NCBI RefSeq assembly: GCF_006345805.1
Contig: NC_043006.1
Coordinates: 103,230,001 to 103,294,000, forward strand
Origin: Octopus sinensis
Lineage: Eukaryota
Reading direction: 5' to 3'
DNA: 64,000 nucleotides
Below the pieces are notes generated by a model. It was not told the DNA's origin and searched no databases. It saw nothing but the letters and a program-made list of their open reading frames with translations. The position numbers were made by a program, and so were the translations under genes. This document shows positions 1 to 12,228 of this stretch, piece after piece (the first letter of the stretch is position 1; each line of letters begins with the position of its first letter).

Positions 1-280
1 AGGGACACTTCCTAGGAATGGTGCCAAATATGAAAAAGTGATGGTGTTAGATAGTAGTACGTATGAGAAATGACTGCAGACACACGGTCACGCTCTGTTT
101 CACACTACTAAATATAAAATTATCCTCTTGTTAAATTAGATGGGTTTTGACTCCCTACCTCCACGGTCACATTCACACCAGGTACACAGTGTTGCTTATA
201 GATTCACTAAGCCATACATATTCGTGTATCATGTGTTTCAATAATAAATGTAAGTGTAACGTATCGGAATATGCTATAAC

Positions 281-836
281 GTGTTCGTGTGTGTATATGT
301 GTATTTGTATATCAGATTGCGTGTGTTTGTTTCTTGGAGTTTGTGGGTGAGTGTGTCGCCCTGTGCTGTATATGTTCGTTTGTGTGTGTGTGTGTATAGA
401 CGGAAGTTGAAAAAAAGCCGTTGTATATATCTATATATATATCTATTTATCTTTGTCTGCCTGCCTCTCGTTCTGTGTGTGTGTATCACGCACACACGCA
501 CACCAATGCACACACCCAAAACTCACAACCCCACGGATACACGCATATACATCCATAAACGCTTACACACACATACGCACGTACAAGCACACACGCACAC
601 ATACACTAAGTAAAGCACATTTATTCGCCACACACACTCAAACTCTACGCATACACACCCGAACACACACATACACACACACACAAACTACAAACAAAAT
701 ACACACACGATACATATACATACACGCACACACACACACATACTTCATTGCACTGACCTGTGGCAGAGACAAAAACACCACTCCTTATTCTTGCAAACTA
801 GTCAGCTACTAGCCTATTGTTTAGAGCTACAACCAC

Positions 837-869
<33 letters not shown>

Positions 870-930
870 CACGTGTCATCATTGCACACATACACACACA
901 CACACGCAGACCTCCACGCACGCACACATC
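281..930. repeat. Degenerate (TG)n/(CA)n/(TA)n microsatellite mosaic
   Basis: Dinucleotide-periodic sequence; the overlapping ORFs are HT/VC/YI low-complexity translations. Representative of dozens of similar tracts across the window. Confidence 0.9.
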
Positions 931-1039
931 CACACTTACACACACATTCCCCCTCCTACGTTCGCTTGTCTTTGACCATTCTACTCTTCTGTCTTTGAAA
1001 ACATCCTTCTTCACCCTTTCTCCTTCCGGTCTTTCAAAA

Positions 1040-1190
1040 TGTGAACACGTGTGTACCGTTGACGATTTTTTTCCTCTGTCTTCCCTTCTCTGGATCTTTC
1101 CTTCTCCTATGTTTCCGACGAAGAGCTCCGCTCGAAACGTTAAGCCCTCCTTATTCCCTTCTTTCCTGACCGTCCAATAATACTATGTTT
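1040..1190 (+). mobile_element. Penelope-type terminal repeat (pLTR) fragment, family B, with hammerhead-like core
   Basis: gttt-CCGACGA-a-gagc-tcc-gctc-GAAA-CG-TT-aa at 1111-1143. A second copy lies on the minus strand at about 41095-41200. Confidence 0.6.
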
Positions 1191-1261
1191 CTTCCACATC
1201 CTCGCGTTGTTCTGTTTTTTTGTGTTCTCTTGTTTGGATTAACTATATATATATATATATA

Positions 1262-1333
<72 letters not shown>

Positions 1334-1364
1334 TGTATGTATGTATGTATGTATATATATGTAT

Positions 1365-2081
1365 GTAGTAAAGAGTATTTGCCAACATAATGTGACAGTC
1401 CCGGATGGGACGAATGTTACTATTATTTAGCCTCAAGAAGCATCATTTCCAGCTGGCTATACGACACACTATCTGTGTCCTTTTTTTTCGAGCAGGGGAG
1501 TTTAGCATTCCCTCTCAACATAACGCAATATCTGCGTACTGCAGTTACTGGAATATTTCCCATCCTCAGCACAGAATAACTAATTAGCTAGAGATGCCGC
1601 TGCACTGAGCTAATAAATAGAAATATTATCTTTTCTAAATTTCTCTAACATTAAGTAACACTACACTAAAGTAAAGATTATTTGCCAACATAATGTGGCA
1701 GTCCCGGTTGTGACAAATCTTACTGTTCTTAGCCCCAGGAAATATCGTCTCCAGCTGGCTACACGACACACTATCTGTGTCCTTATATTTTCCAACAATG
1801 GTGTTTAGTATCCCCACTCAGCAGAAACCAATATCTGCGTACCGCTGGTTCTGGATATTTATCTCCTCAACACACAGAGTAACTGCTTGGCTAGAGATTC
1901 CACTGCTATATTCCTGTTCAAAAGTATATATAATTTTCAAATATAAGGACACAGATAGTGTGTCGTATAGCCCGCTGAAGATGATGTTTCTTGTGCCTAA
2001 ATAACAATAACATTCGTCGGAACCAGGACTTCCACATTATGTTGGCAAATAATCTTTACTTTAATGTAGTGTTACTGAATG
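1365..2081. repeat. Foldback element: ~145-bp inverted repeats (1649-1790 / 1938-2081) plus an upstream diverged direct copy of the left unit (~1365-1610)
   Basis: Left arm cattaagtaacactacactaaagtaaagattatttgccaacataatgtgg... matches the reverse complement of the right arm (cattcagtaacactacattaaagtaaagattatttgccaacataatgtgg...). Confidence 0.85.
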
Positions 2082-2144
2082 GCTCAGTAGAGCCATTTAG
2101 AAATGATAATTTAGAAACGATAATTTATACACACACATACACAC

Positions 2145-2195
<51 letters not shown>

Positions 2196-2200
<5 letters not shown>

Positions 2201-2570
2201 CGGAATGGTCATTTTGCCAGTTTAGCCAATAAAAACACACGCACTATATATTTGGTGTTACTTGGCTTCAGTGTTATTTATTTTGTACACACACTAACTA
2301 AACATAGACGCACATAGAGATATACGCATGCGCAAATGAAGACACATACAATAGAAATACAAAATGGTTGACGGTTAGTGTGAGACACACAAATAAGAAA
2401 GAAGAAAGCAAAGGACCACTGATGATGTCACAGGAGTGTGACGAAAGAACTCAGGCCGAAATAAGATTAAGTTGAATGTAAAAGATAAATAACACTGAAG
2501 CAAAGTAACACCAAATATATAGTGCGTGTGTTTTTATTGGCTAAACTGGCAAAATGACCATTCCGAAATA
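2196..2570 (+). mobile_element. Penelope-type pLTR with inverted partial copy (86-bp inverted repeat, 1 mismatch)
   Basis: 2196-2281 is the reverse complement of 2485-2570. A hammerhead-like motif lies at 2413-2457, just upstream of the right arm. Confidence 0.65.
2413..2457 (+). ncRNA. Hammerhead-ribozyme-like motif (type I, minimal), family C
   Basis: CTGATGA(2419-2425)-t-gtcac/aggagt/gtgac-GAAA-gaac-TC-aggcc. Core is intact and stem II has 5 bp; stem I is imperfect. Confidence 0.55.
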
Positions 2571-2628
2571 CAACAATATCTGTTTCAACACATGATTCCA
2601 CATATCTTGCACAACAAATATATAAACG

Positions 2629-2677
<49 letters not shown>

Positions 2678-2824
2678 TAGTATCCCCTTACTTGTTTCAG
2701 CCAAAGCCTGGGGCCATGCTGGAGAACCGCGAAGCGCTTTACAATGCTTGGGGAGGGCTCACAAACACACACACATACACACACACACGCGCACACACGC
2801 ACACACACACATACACACACGTAT

Positions 2825-3060
2825 ATTTGAGTTCATTTAGAGATAAAATAAAAGATTACAAACACGTCTTAGTAAACTAATGACTCTACTATCAATTGGG
2901 AATTTATTTGTACTGCAAAGCCACAAAAACCTGGAACTAAAGAAGAGTTTTATCAGACTTTTACGTGCAAGAGTAATGTAATAAATTCTATACAGGAACA
3001 AGCTTTGAGATGCTTCCACATGAAGAAATTCACATGTGCCCAGTGTAGATGAACAATAAA
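2825..3060 (+). pseudogene. Degenerate C-terminal end of a Penelope-like GIY-YIG endonuclease
   Basis: Frames give SSFRDKIK... and INWEFICTAKPQKPGTK...ALRCFHMKKF, resembling PLE endonuclease C-termini (I.W.I...AKPY.PG.K...C.H..KF). Frameshifts and stops are present. Confidence 0.4.
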
Positions 3061-3352
3061 CATTCAAACAACAGAATGTTTTGTAATTAATGGACTATAA
3101 GTGATTATCCAATCAAAACTTGAGCTGAAGATTGTTCGCGTCTAACTTAACGAACAACTCTTCATCATGCAACGCAGAGTAGACAAACGAAAACCTTTAA
3201 ACAGTTAAACCGAATGGTATTCAGTGAAGACCTCGAAGAAACGGCACCGCTATTTTTGTAGGGTTAAAATTTCAACAGTTACTAATCGTTGAAACATGTG
3301 TAGGCCAATGTATGTGTGTGTGTGTTTATACATACATACATACATATATATA

Positions 3353-3540
3353 ACGGGAAGGTTTACGAAAATAAACAAAAGACGAAGGCAGGTGGAATAC
3401 AAACAAACAATGTATTAGTATGGCGCTCAGGAATAGAAATAAAACAAGTCTTTTACGTTTCGAGCCTACGCTCTTCGACAGAAAGATACACAGAAAAGAA
3501 ACAAGGAGAGAAAAAAATTGCGTGTAGGGGCTAACGATCC
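3353..3540 (-). mobile_element. Penelope-type pLTR fragment, family A
   Basis: Reverse complement carries tcttt-CTGTCGA-a-gagc-gtag-gctc-GAAA-CG-TA-aaaga (3449-3486). Same repeat as 8660-8842, 10973-11092, 19336-19428 and 40420-40593. Confidence 0.65.
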
Positions 3541-3577
3541 AACATGGCGTTCTGTATATATACATGCATACAAAGTA

Positions 3578-3715
3578 GTGGCTGTGTGGTAAGAAGCATG
3601 CTTCCCAACCACATGGTTCTGTTTTCAGTCCCACCGTGTGGCATCTTGGTCAAATGTCAAGTGTCTTGTGAGTGGAATTCTATAGACGGAAACTGAAAGA
3701 AGCCCGTCGTGCATA
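3578..3715 (+). mobile_element. 5' fragment of tRNA-headed CORE-like SINE (internal-microsatellite family)
   Basis: gtggctgtgtggtaagaag...ggaaactgaaagaagcccgtcg matches the full copy at 61460-61876. Confidence 0.75.
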
Positions 3716-4251
3716 TATTTGTATATATATCTATGAGTGTGTGTAACAAGTAAAAGATGAAAGATAATATATATTTATATTTACACACACACTCACACAT
3801 ATATGTCTATACACATACATATACACACATACACACATACACTTTTGTATCCGCGCATTTATGTTCATGTAACTGAAAGGGTGTAAACGTGTGTCCTACT
3901 TAAAACATAAAACATAAATAGATAACATTAAACACCACGGCCTCAGTGACTACTTTAAATGATTAAAAATAGTAGCTGGCTGCAAGATGTTGGGAGTGGA
4001 AGCAAAGTGCCACTTTCCTTTCCTTCCTACTTTCCTGCAGAATAATATAAATATTATTTAGTTGTTCCACTCGGGCGAAGCGTACACGCTAAGAGGACGA
4101 AATGTTTAGGGCCCTGAGATATCTGCTGCTTTCTGACAATGTGAATACTTTGATCAAAACCAAGATAAAGAGCTTGCGTCTATTCTTGCCTTTTTGGACA
4201 ATGTATCACTGCTGTTTCTTTTAATTAAATTCTTGCTTTCCTTTCCCTTAC

Positions 4252-4389
4252 TTCCCGTATGCCAGCAGAATTTCGGAAGGGAGTTTATGTATAGCTGTCC
4301 CAGGTAGGTGATGCAACCACAATGATGGGCGAAATGTTGATAACGCTGATGTACCTGCTGAATGTACAAAGCGGTCCCCAACGATATGG
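4252..4389 (-). CDS. Candidate 138-bp internal exon of an unidentified host gene
   Basis: Long pyrimidine tract plus ...ttttgacacag acceptor and gtaagg donor. Length is divisible by 3 and two frames are open (ISLGTALYIQQ... or HIVGDRFVHS...). No recognised homology, and a competing 38-bp plus-strand candidate overlaps it. Confidence 0.3.
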
Positions 4390-4514
4390 CTGTGTCAAAA
4401 TAAAAAAGAGTGAAATAGAGAGAGGGAGAGAGTGTGAGAGAGCATTTACATTGATCTCTAATTATCTTCTGCATTTTTTGCTTGGCTCATTTTACATCTA
4501 ATATTTATTTGATA

Positions 4515-4702
<188 letters not shown>

Positions 4703-5934
4703 ATTTATTTTATCTAATCCCTTTTCCCCCACTTTCCTTGCTCCTTCAAAACGGAAATTGTGCATAGCTGCCCAACTGAAGCAAAAGTAACAAGCCAAGG
4801 GAGAGTGGATGTATGTAACCCTGAGGTACCTGTTGAAGACAGAAGCGGCTTCTCAAACATGTGATTGCATGAAACAAACTCCGAATTAAGCACTTGAAAA
4901 CTTTTAATTCCAGCAAGTTGTATTTGAGGTATCTCGTCTCTGATGTTTATTTGGAGTAGAAATACTTACACTCTAACACTTGTCTGAAAGTTTCACAACA
5001 TATTCGTTTTGCTTTTGTTATCTGTATACAACACGGCAAGTGGCATATAAGCATTGCAGCCGTTAGTTTTGCTGTCTTTTTTTAATCCCTAGGTCAGAAA
5101 ACATCGAATAGACCTCTGAACTTATTTGTTACAGCCACGATCAAGCACATGTTTTTATCCAAACTTTGTATCTTAGACCTCATTGCTCACCGAGAGGCTA
5201 AAAAGAGCTATCTTTCTCTCTCTCTCGCCCTCTTTCACCACTACATCCTCTATTCACTTTAAACTAATGTATATATGCTTCAGCACAATGCAATCTTGAA
5301 TATAATGCGATAGCATTTTTTAAAACCTAAAAGTCAGCATCTTTTTTTATCCAATAATCATTTCTTTGTGTCATAGTATTTTGCTACCCACACCCCCTAA
5401 GTTTTGACACACGTCTTAAATTTTGTCTTAAATTCCTTGCATTATGCACAGGCAGATAAACTAATCTTGATTTCGGGGTGTCTCACCCGACCTTTTTCTG
5501 ATCACAATTCGGAATTTAAATCACTTTCGTCATCATTCACAAAGGACAATTTAGATAATTAATATTCTGTGAATGTCTCCGTTGAGGGTTGTCAAATAAT
5601 AACCAAATTTAGTCGTTCAGAGAATAATTTGTATTCATCAGCAAGTGTAAATTTTTAATTAATTAATACAGTACTGTTCAGTGCGTCCCATATATTTTAA
5701 AATTCGTAAGGCGATGTTTGGCAGTAATTCGGCTGTTATTTCTAGCATTCTAACAATCCATAGTTACGTAATCGGTTATGATATAACGTCAGAAGGTGTA
5801 CATTAACAATTGATGTGATAACTGGAGTCGTCACAATATCGGGGTGGGTAAGGAGTAAGTATATATATATTGGAAATAGGGAATTTGAAACGTTATTTTC
5901 GCTTAAAATTAAATAGAACTATAATCACTAGAAT

Positions 5935-6220
5935 TGAGGCGAAATGGCCCAGTGGTTAGGGCAGAGGACTCGCGGTCGCAGGATCGCGGTTTCGATTCCC
6001 AGACCGGACGTTGTGAGTGTTTATTGAGTGAAAACACCTAAAGCTCCACGAGGCAGGGGGGTGATCCCTGCTGTACTCTTTCTCTCACTCTTTCTTCTAT
6101 TAGCCTGCTCGCTTAGCCAGCGGGGTGGCATCATTTGAAGGCTAAAACAATGCAAAGCGCATTCTGACCAGCGATGTGTAGCAATATCTGATAGCCTGGT
6201 CGGTCACGGTGATCACGGTG
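5935..6220 (+). mobile_element. tRNA-derived SINE (head 1, tail X)
   Basis: A-box/B-box-like head (tggcccagtggttagg...ggtttcgattccc); ends gtcacggtgatcacggtg. TSD ataatca(c/t)tagaat at 5921-5934 and 6221-6234. Confidence 0.9.
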
Positions 6221-8056
6221 ATAATCATTAGAATGAATATTATATCCCGGGTAAGCTTTTCCTCTACTTTATATAATACATACATGGAAACATACATATA
6301 TGTAGGTGCTTTGCAACCGCGTGGCTACGGGTTCGATGCCACTGCATGAACCTATCATTGGTGTTGGTCTTCTACACAACGGCAATAACATTAGCATAAT
6401 ACATACAATGCTTACAAAATATCATCACCTCGTAAAGAACTCATTTTACACAACAGATGAAATATTAAAGTAAAACTCGAAACAAACAAAAAGAAATTTC
6501 ACAGAAAAAAAAAAGTACATATACTTTCAAGTTTTCGTCCAAAGACCGAAATTTGAGGGAAGGGAATAATCTATTACATCGACCCCAGTTCTCAAGTCGT
6601 ACTTGTTTTATCGACTCCGAAAAGAATAAAGGCGAAGTCGACTTCGGAGGCAATTGATCTCAGAACGTAAAGACGGACAAAATGCCACTAAGCATTTTTG
6701 TCCGGCGTACTAACGACTCTGTGATATCGCAGCCTTGATGGAAGTCCGCATAATGCTACATTAAGCATAGATGTTGTTTTAATGCAGTTAAAATCCTAAT
6801 GGTTGTAATAGTAACTTTCCTGGCTGATTCGTTAGCCCGGCGGTCAAAATGCTTGGCGATATTTCTTTTGGCCTTTTAGGTTCTCAGTTCAAATACCTCC
6901 GAGGCAGAATTTGCATTTCATCCTTCGGGGGTCAATAAAATAAGAATTAGTTAACTCCTGGTGTCGATGTAATCGATATTTCCTTTTCCCTCAAGGTCCT
7001 TTCCCCTTGGTCTTGTGACAAAATTAGCATGAGGATTTACACAAGTTCAAAATTTTGTGTTTAACTCACCACCCTTCCTGGTAGTCTAGAGTGTCAGAAA
7101 ATAACTTGCAGTATTTGTTACCGATTTGACTTCAAAACCCGCTGTGATGTGCATATATTTAAAAACGCTAAATGTATACAGAAAATGCAGCGCAGTTCAC
7201 ACATTAAATGTGTGTGTGTGTGTGTGTGTGTGTGAGAGTACGTTCAGAAATAACTAAACATCTCCATGTAAAATAACTGAAAGCTTTTCAAAGAAAATGC
7301 ATTATGAAACTTAAAAAATAAATTGTAGTTGATTCAAACAAAATGATTCTTGTTCGATACACGGTTCTTGTAATGTAAGAGCGGTTGAAACGAAGATCTG
7401 TCTGCATCAGGTCGTCAACCACGTGGCAGTTACTTTCATGCGTTGCTGAAAGTGTCAGCTTAATTCCTCATTGGGTAGAATTTGAGTCTCCCCACTGCCT
7501 TGTTATGATTACTATTGGTAAACCTAGTCAACAGCTTTATACGTAATGTTCTTATTTAAATAAAGTATCCAAAAATAAATCGAAGGAATTTTAACAAACA
7601 AAACAGTTTTCAAATTTTGACACTGAGCCAGCAATTTCGGGGTGGTTGGTAAGTTGGGTACATCAACGTATTGTATCGACAAAGTCGACCTCAACGGAAT
7701 AAGAACATAGAGACAGACGAAAAGCATTTTGTCCGGCAAGCTGAGGTTCCTGTTAGCTCGCAGCATTTGTAACAAATAATACCACTTATAATTTGCTTTA
7801 AGAGAGCAACGACCTCACAGAATGAAGCAACAGAGAAATACAATAAACTATATGAAAAAACACAAAATTCAAATTATCAGGAAAATATAAAGGTAAATAA
7901 AGTACACACACACGTGAGTGTGTGTGTATGTGGTTTGATAAATATGTACGTATGTGTATGTATGTATGTATGTATGTATGTATGTATGTATGTATGTATG
8001 TATGTATGTGTGTATGTATAGGGAAAGATTTAAAAATATATAGATAAATACGTGTA

Positions 8057-8650
8057 CAGTGTGTTTCAAAAAGAATGGTCCAATTTATTTTTTGGAAACT
8101 ACGAGCATCCAGCGATTGATAGGTGTGTGGCTGAAATTGTCTTGGTCTACAGTTTTAGAGAATCGTCGTTAGAGGTCGATTCATGCCTTAATCTTCAATG
8201 TAAGCTGGCAGGATGTGGTCCGCTCAACGGTAGGCGTTTTGCGTGCAACTGTTTAGGTAGAGTGAAGCAGTGATTTTCGTTTAGCGTGTGTTTCGTTTAG
8301 CGTGTGTTTCGTTTAGCGTGTGTTTCGTAGTCTTAATCCACCACAGTCAAAGAACATCCGTCGTTGGTATAGGCAGTCTGAAGAGCCTGGATGTTTGTGC
8401 AAGAGGAAAAGTCCAGGTCAACCACGCATTACTGAGGAAAATGTGCGAAGAGTTCAACAGGCGTTTGAGCCTAGCTGCCGTAAGCCTGCTCGCCGAGCTA
8501 GCAAAGAACTTGCATTACCTCACACAACGGAGTAGTGTGTGTTAAGGAAACGTTTGACCATGAAGTCATATAACTTACAAATTGTACAAGCACTTCGTGT
8601 TGGTGATAAAAGGAAATGTGTCGAATTCAGCAATGCAATTCTTAGAGACA
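8057..8650 (+). mobile_element. 5' part of a Tc1/mariner-superfamily transposon (DD37D-like N-terminal HTH), degenerate
   Basis: Begins TA|cagtgtgtttcaaaaagaatgg. Encodes IRRWYRQSEEPGCLCKRKSPGQPRITEENVRRVQQAF...RRASKELALPHTT...LRKRLTMKSYNLQIVQAL. A 16-bp unit is triplicated at about 8276-8328. Confidence 0.75.
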
Positions 8651-8659
8651 CCATCATAG

Positions 8660-8838
8660 ATCATTAGCCACTACTTTTTTCTCCCCTTGTTTCTCTCCTT
8701 GTTTTCTGTGTCCCTTTCTGTAGAAGAGCGTAGGCTCGAAACGTAAAAGATTTTTCTATTCCTGAGCGTTATACTAATACATCTGTTTGTTTTGTACATC
8801 ACCTGTCTTCGTCTTTTGTTGTTTTTTGTGTAAACTCT

Positions 8839-8842
<4 letters not shown>
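8660..8842 (+). mobile_element. Penelope-type pLTR fragment, family A
   Basis: cttt-CTGTAGA-a-gagc-gtag-gctc-GAAA-CG-TA-aaag at 8714-8749; 3' end abuts (TA)n. Confidence 0.65.
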
Positions 8843-8888
<46 letters not shown>

Positions 8889-9509
8889 GATTGTATATAT
8901 GTATGTATGTATGTATGTATGTAAGTGTGTGTGTGCCTATGTGACCATGCTTATACGGAATTCCTCTAGGGGTGACACAAAGACTGCGTGTTCTATAGTT
9001 TCAAACTTTAGATTGTATTGCTATTTAACCTTGCCTAATGAGATACACACTATCACATGCCATATACTGTAATACTATAAAAGCATTTATATTCTTATTC
9101 ATATTTATATTAATGGAAAACGATTTGGTAAGTATAGTCGAAATTCTCCTAAGGAATAAAGTTGATGTAGAAAATTTCATTCTTGAACACTTAATATAAA
9201 TACGTATATATGCACACACACACACATAAACACACACACGCATACATAAAAACACATGCACACATACACACACGTATATGTATATATGTATATATACAGA
9301 GAGAGAGAGAGAGAGATGTACGCATATATACAGATATATAGATATGTATATATATATATGCGGAGCGCATTTTGACCAGCGATGTGTAGCAACATCTGAC
9401 AGCCTGGTCGGTCACGGTTGATCACGGTGATATATATAGATAGATAGATGTATATGTATATATGTATATGCATATATCTATGTATATGTATATCTGTCTA
9501 TCTATCTTT

Positions 9510-9571
<62 letters not shown>

Positions 9572-9662
9572 CTCTCTCTGTATATATATATATATGTTTA
9601 CGTGTGTGTGATTGTGTGTTTGTGTCTGTGTATGTATATGTAAATGTATATATATATTTATA

Positions 9663-10542
9663 TGAGGTAGTATCCAAAGATTCCTAGACTCGTTATACTT
9701 AATAAAAAAAGATAGCGGATTTACCTCAGTTTTGGCATCGTCTCTTTCGAAATAGTCACCTTGCGCGGCAATACACAGGTTCTAACATTCCTGTCACTTT
9801 GGGAATGCGGCCTGGAAGTCGTTTTCCGTAAATGTTTCGGGGACCTTCTGCGATTCACTCTAGATCTTGACAACCGTGTTAAAACGGTGACCTTTGAACT
9901 CCATTTTGATCTTGACGAAAAGATGGAAATCTGCAGGTGCTAAATGTGGCGAATAGGGTTGATGCCGCGGCGATAACACATTGTTTTTGGCGAGACACTC
10001 ACGAGTGAGTTGAGCTCGGTGAGGAATCCAGTCTCCTGCGCTCCATAGATCCGGTCAGTTTCACCGAATGTCCTCGCTCAATCACTTCAAATCATCGCAC
10101 TAGAACTCTCGATTGACTGTCTTGTTCTGGGGGACGAATTTTCCATGTACAATACCACATTTCCTAAATTGACTCCCGTGGCAAGTCTCCCAGATCGCTC
10201 GTCGTCTTCCAGAGATGTTGCTCCGCTTTTAAAGCACCCCCGACACTCAACGCGGCGTACGACCCATTGTCGTAGCATCCTTAATGTTTCTTTTGCAGAC
10301 CTCCCAGGTTTATCCCAAAATCTCACGTTGGTTCTTTGTTCCTGTCCATGACAAAATCGCAGACTACAGCATACACGTTATCACGAAAACACAAATTTCT
10401 CAACTTGCGAAGTAAAGACAGCGATACGACTCAACACACTGTCTCATGAAGTTCACTGCTAGCTCTCACTGCGCACGCAACCGTGTGATGCCATCTGTTG
10501 AGCGGTACGGAACTAGTCCGGGAACATCTTGGTAACACCGTG
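9663..10542 (-). mobile_element. Internally deleted mariner element with degenerate TIRs
   Basis: Ends tgaggtagtatccaaagattcctagactcgtt and aactagtccgggaacatcttggtaacaccgtg are approximate inverted repeats. Minus strand gives an HTH (...FKSGATSLEDDERSGR...) joined to the C-terminus (HQPYSPHLAPADFHLF...CIAAQGDYFE); the catalytic middle is missing. Confidence 0.8.
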
Positions 10543-10619
10543 TGTGTGAGTGCGGTGCATCCAGAATGTATCCGACCATATATTTCCCGCAAAAACAAAT
10601 GTCGTGCAGGCAAAATTAT

Positions 10620-10965
10620 TTAACTTGGAGGTGACGCCTCACATTCTGTGAACATCCAAAATTTCGGTGCCGATAGGCCGCGTCAGGTTTTTGTTGTTAC
10701 TCCTTGAGTACAGACATGTAGCCTGCTATCACTGGATTTTCTTTTTCACGTAAGATGACCAAACACATCGAGCATTGTTCATAAACCTATCTTTCATCAT
10801 CCATGATAATGGCGTTCATGAAATCTGAGTAGTGTTTTGCACAGTCCGGCATGTCCTGAGCGAGTTAAATGCGGAGTTGCTTATTCTGCTCTGACAGCAA
10901 CTTTGGGATGAATTTCGCCGACACTCTCTGAATGAACAAATCCTCCCTTAAAATGCACTGATCCT
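10620..10965 (-). pseudogene. Mariner transposase internal fragment
   Basis: Minus strand reads QRVSAKFIPKLLSEQNKQLRI*LAQDM...DFMNAIIMDDER*VY, i.e. the WVPxxL-linker region and the first catalytic-D region. Confidence 0.7.
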
Positions 10966-10972
10966 GAGCGTA

Positions 10973-11092
10973 TTGTCGAAGAACGTAGGCTCGAAACGTA
11001 AAAGACTTTTTCCCTTTCCGGGAGTTAAACTAATACATTTATTTGTTGTTTACACACCAATCTTCGTCTTTTTTTGTGTAAATTCTCACTAT
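10973..11092 (+). mobile_element. 5'-truncated pLTR family A fragment
   Basis: tgtcgaagaacgtaggctcgaaacgtaaaagac...gtaaattctcac, followed by a TA-rich microsatellite. Confidence 0.6.
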
Positions 11093-11895
11093 GTATATCT
11101 ATATGTATGCACATATGTATATGTATGTATATATGTTTGTATATATATGCATGTATATCTATATATATGTACATATGTATGTATATATATGTATATATGT
11201 CTGTATATATATGTATATCTGTATGTATATATATATATACGTATGTATACATATGTATATATGTATGTGCATATATATGTATATACTTATGTATATATAT
11301 ATACTATGTATGTAAATGTAAGTTTGTATATATATGTATACATACGTATGTATACATATGTATATATATATACATATATATACATATACACACATAGATC
11401 CATACATACACACACACGCACACACACGCACGCACACACGTACGCACAAACACGCACACACACACACACACACACACAGACACACACACATATATATATA
11501 CACAATCTTAAAAAATTGAAAGTCAAATTTTTATCCGATGTATGAATTGATGAAAAATATGTTCTCGGTAATTGAAGTTCTTTAACAAAGGAGGAGTCGA
11601 CATTAACTATTTGAAGAGTTAATGAAATGACATACGATTGATATAGAATGTCATATAGTTAATAATATAAATATAGAAATAAGAACCACTCTTTATATGA
11701 AAACTACAAAATTGAATGAACTGCTATGCTTATATTTGCCTTGGTTTCATGCAAAAATATATACAAATGGGCACGAATCGCTTATAGACGTGTGAGGGAC
11801 ACGATGCAGACAAACACACATACCCAGACATGCATACGTATCTATGCAAACATAACTATATATATATCTATATATATATATATATATGTGTGTGT

Positions 11896-12207
11896 GTGGA
11901 GGCGCAATGACCCAGTTGTTAGAGCAGCGGACTCGTGGTCATAGGATCGCGGTTTCGATTCCCAGACCGGGCGTTGTGTGTGTTTATTGAGCGCAAGCAC
12001 CTAAAGCTCCACGAGGCAACGGCAGGGGGTGGTGGAGATCCCTGCTGTACTCTTTCGCCACAACTTTCTCTCACTCTTTCTTCTGTTGGCTTGCTCTCTT
12101 AGCCAGCGGGGTGGCGTCATTTGAAGGCTAAAACAATGCGAAGCGCATCGTGACCAGCGGTATGTAGCAACATCTGAGAGCCTGGCCGATCACGGTGATC
12201 ACGGTGA
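11896..12207 (+). mobile_element. tRNA-derived SINE (head 1, tail X)
   Basis: gtggaggcgcaatgacccag...gatcacggtgatcacggtga, homologous to 5935-6220. Confidence 0.9.
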
Positions 12208-12228
12208 TATATATATATATATATATAT

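Noticed and set aside
5935-6010. tRNA genes at SINE heads (also 11896, 36076, 51640, 61460, 28740)
   Set aside because: A and B boxes are present, but the acceptor stem does not close and each continues into a SINE body with a tail and often a TSD.
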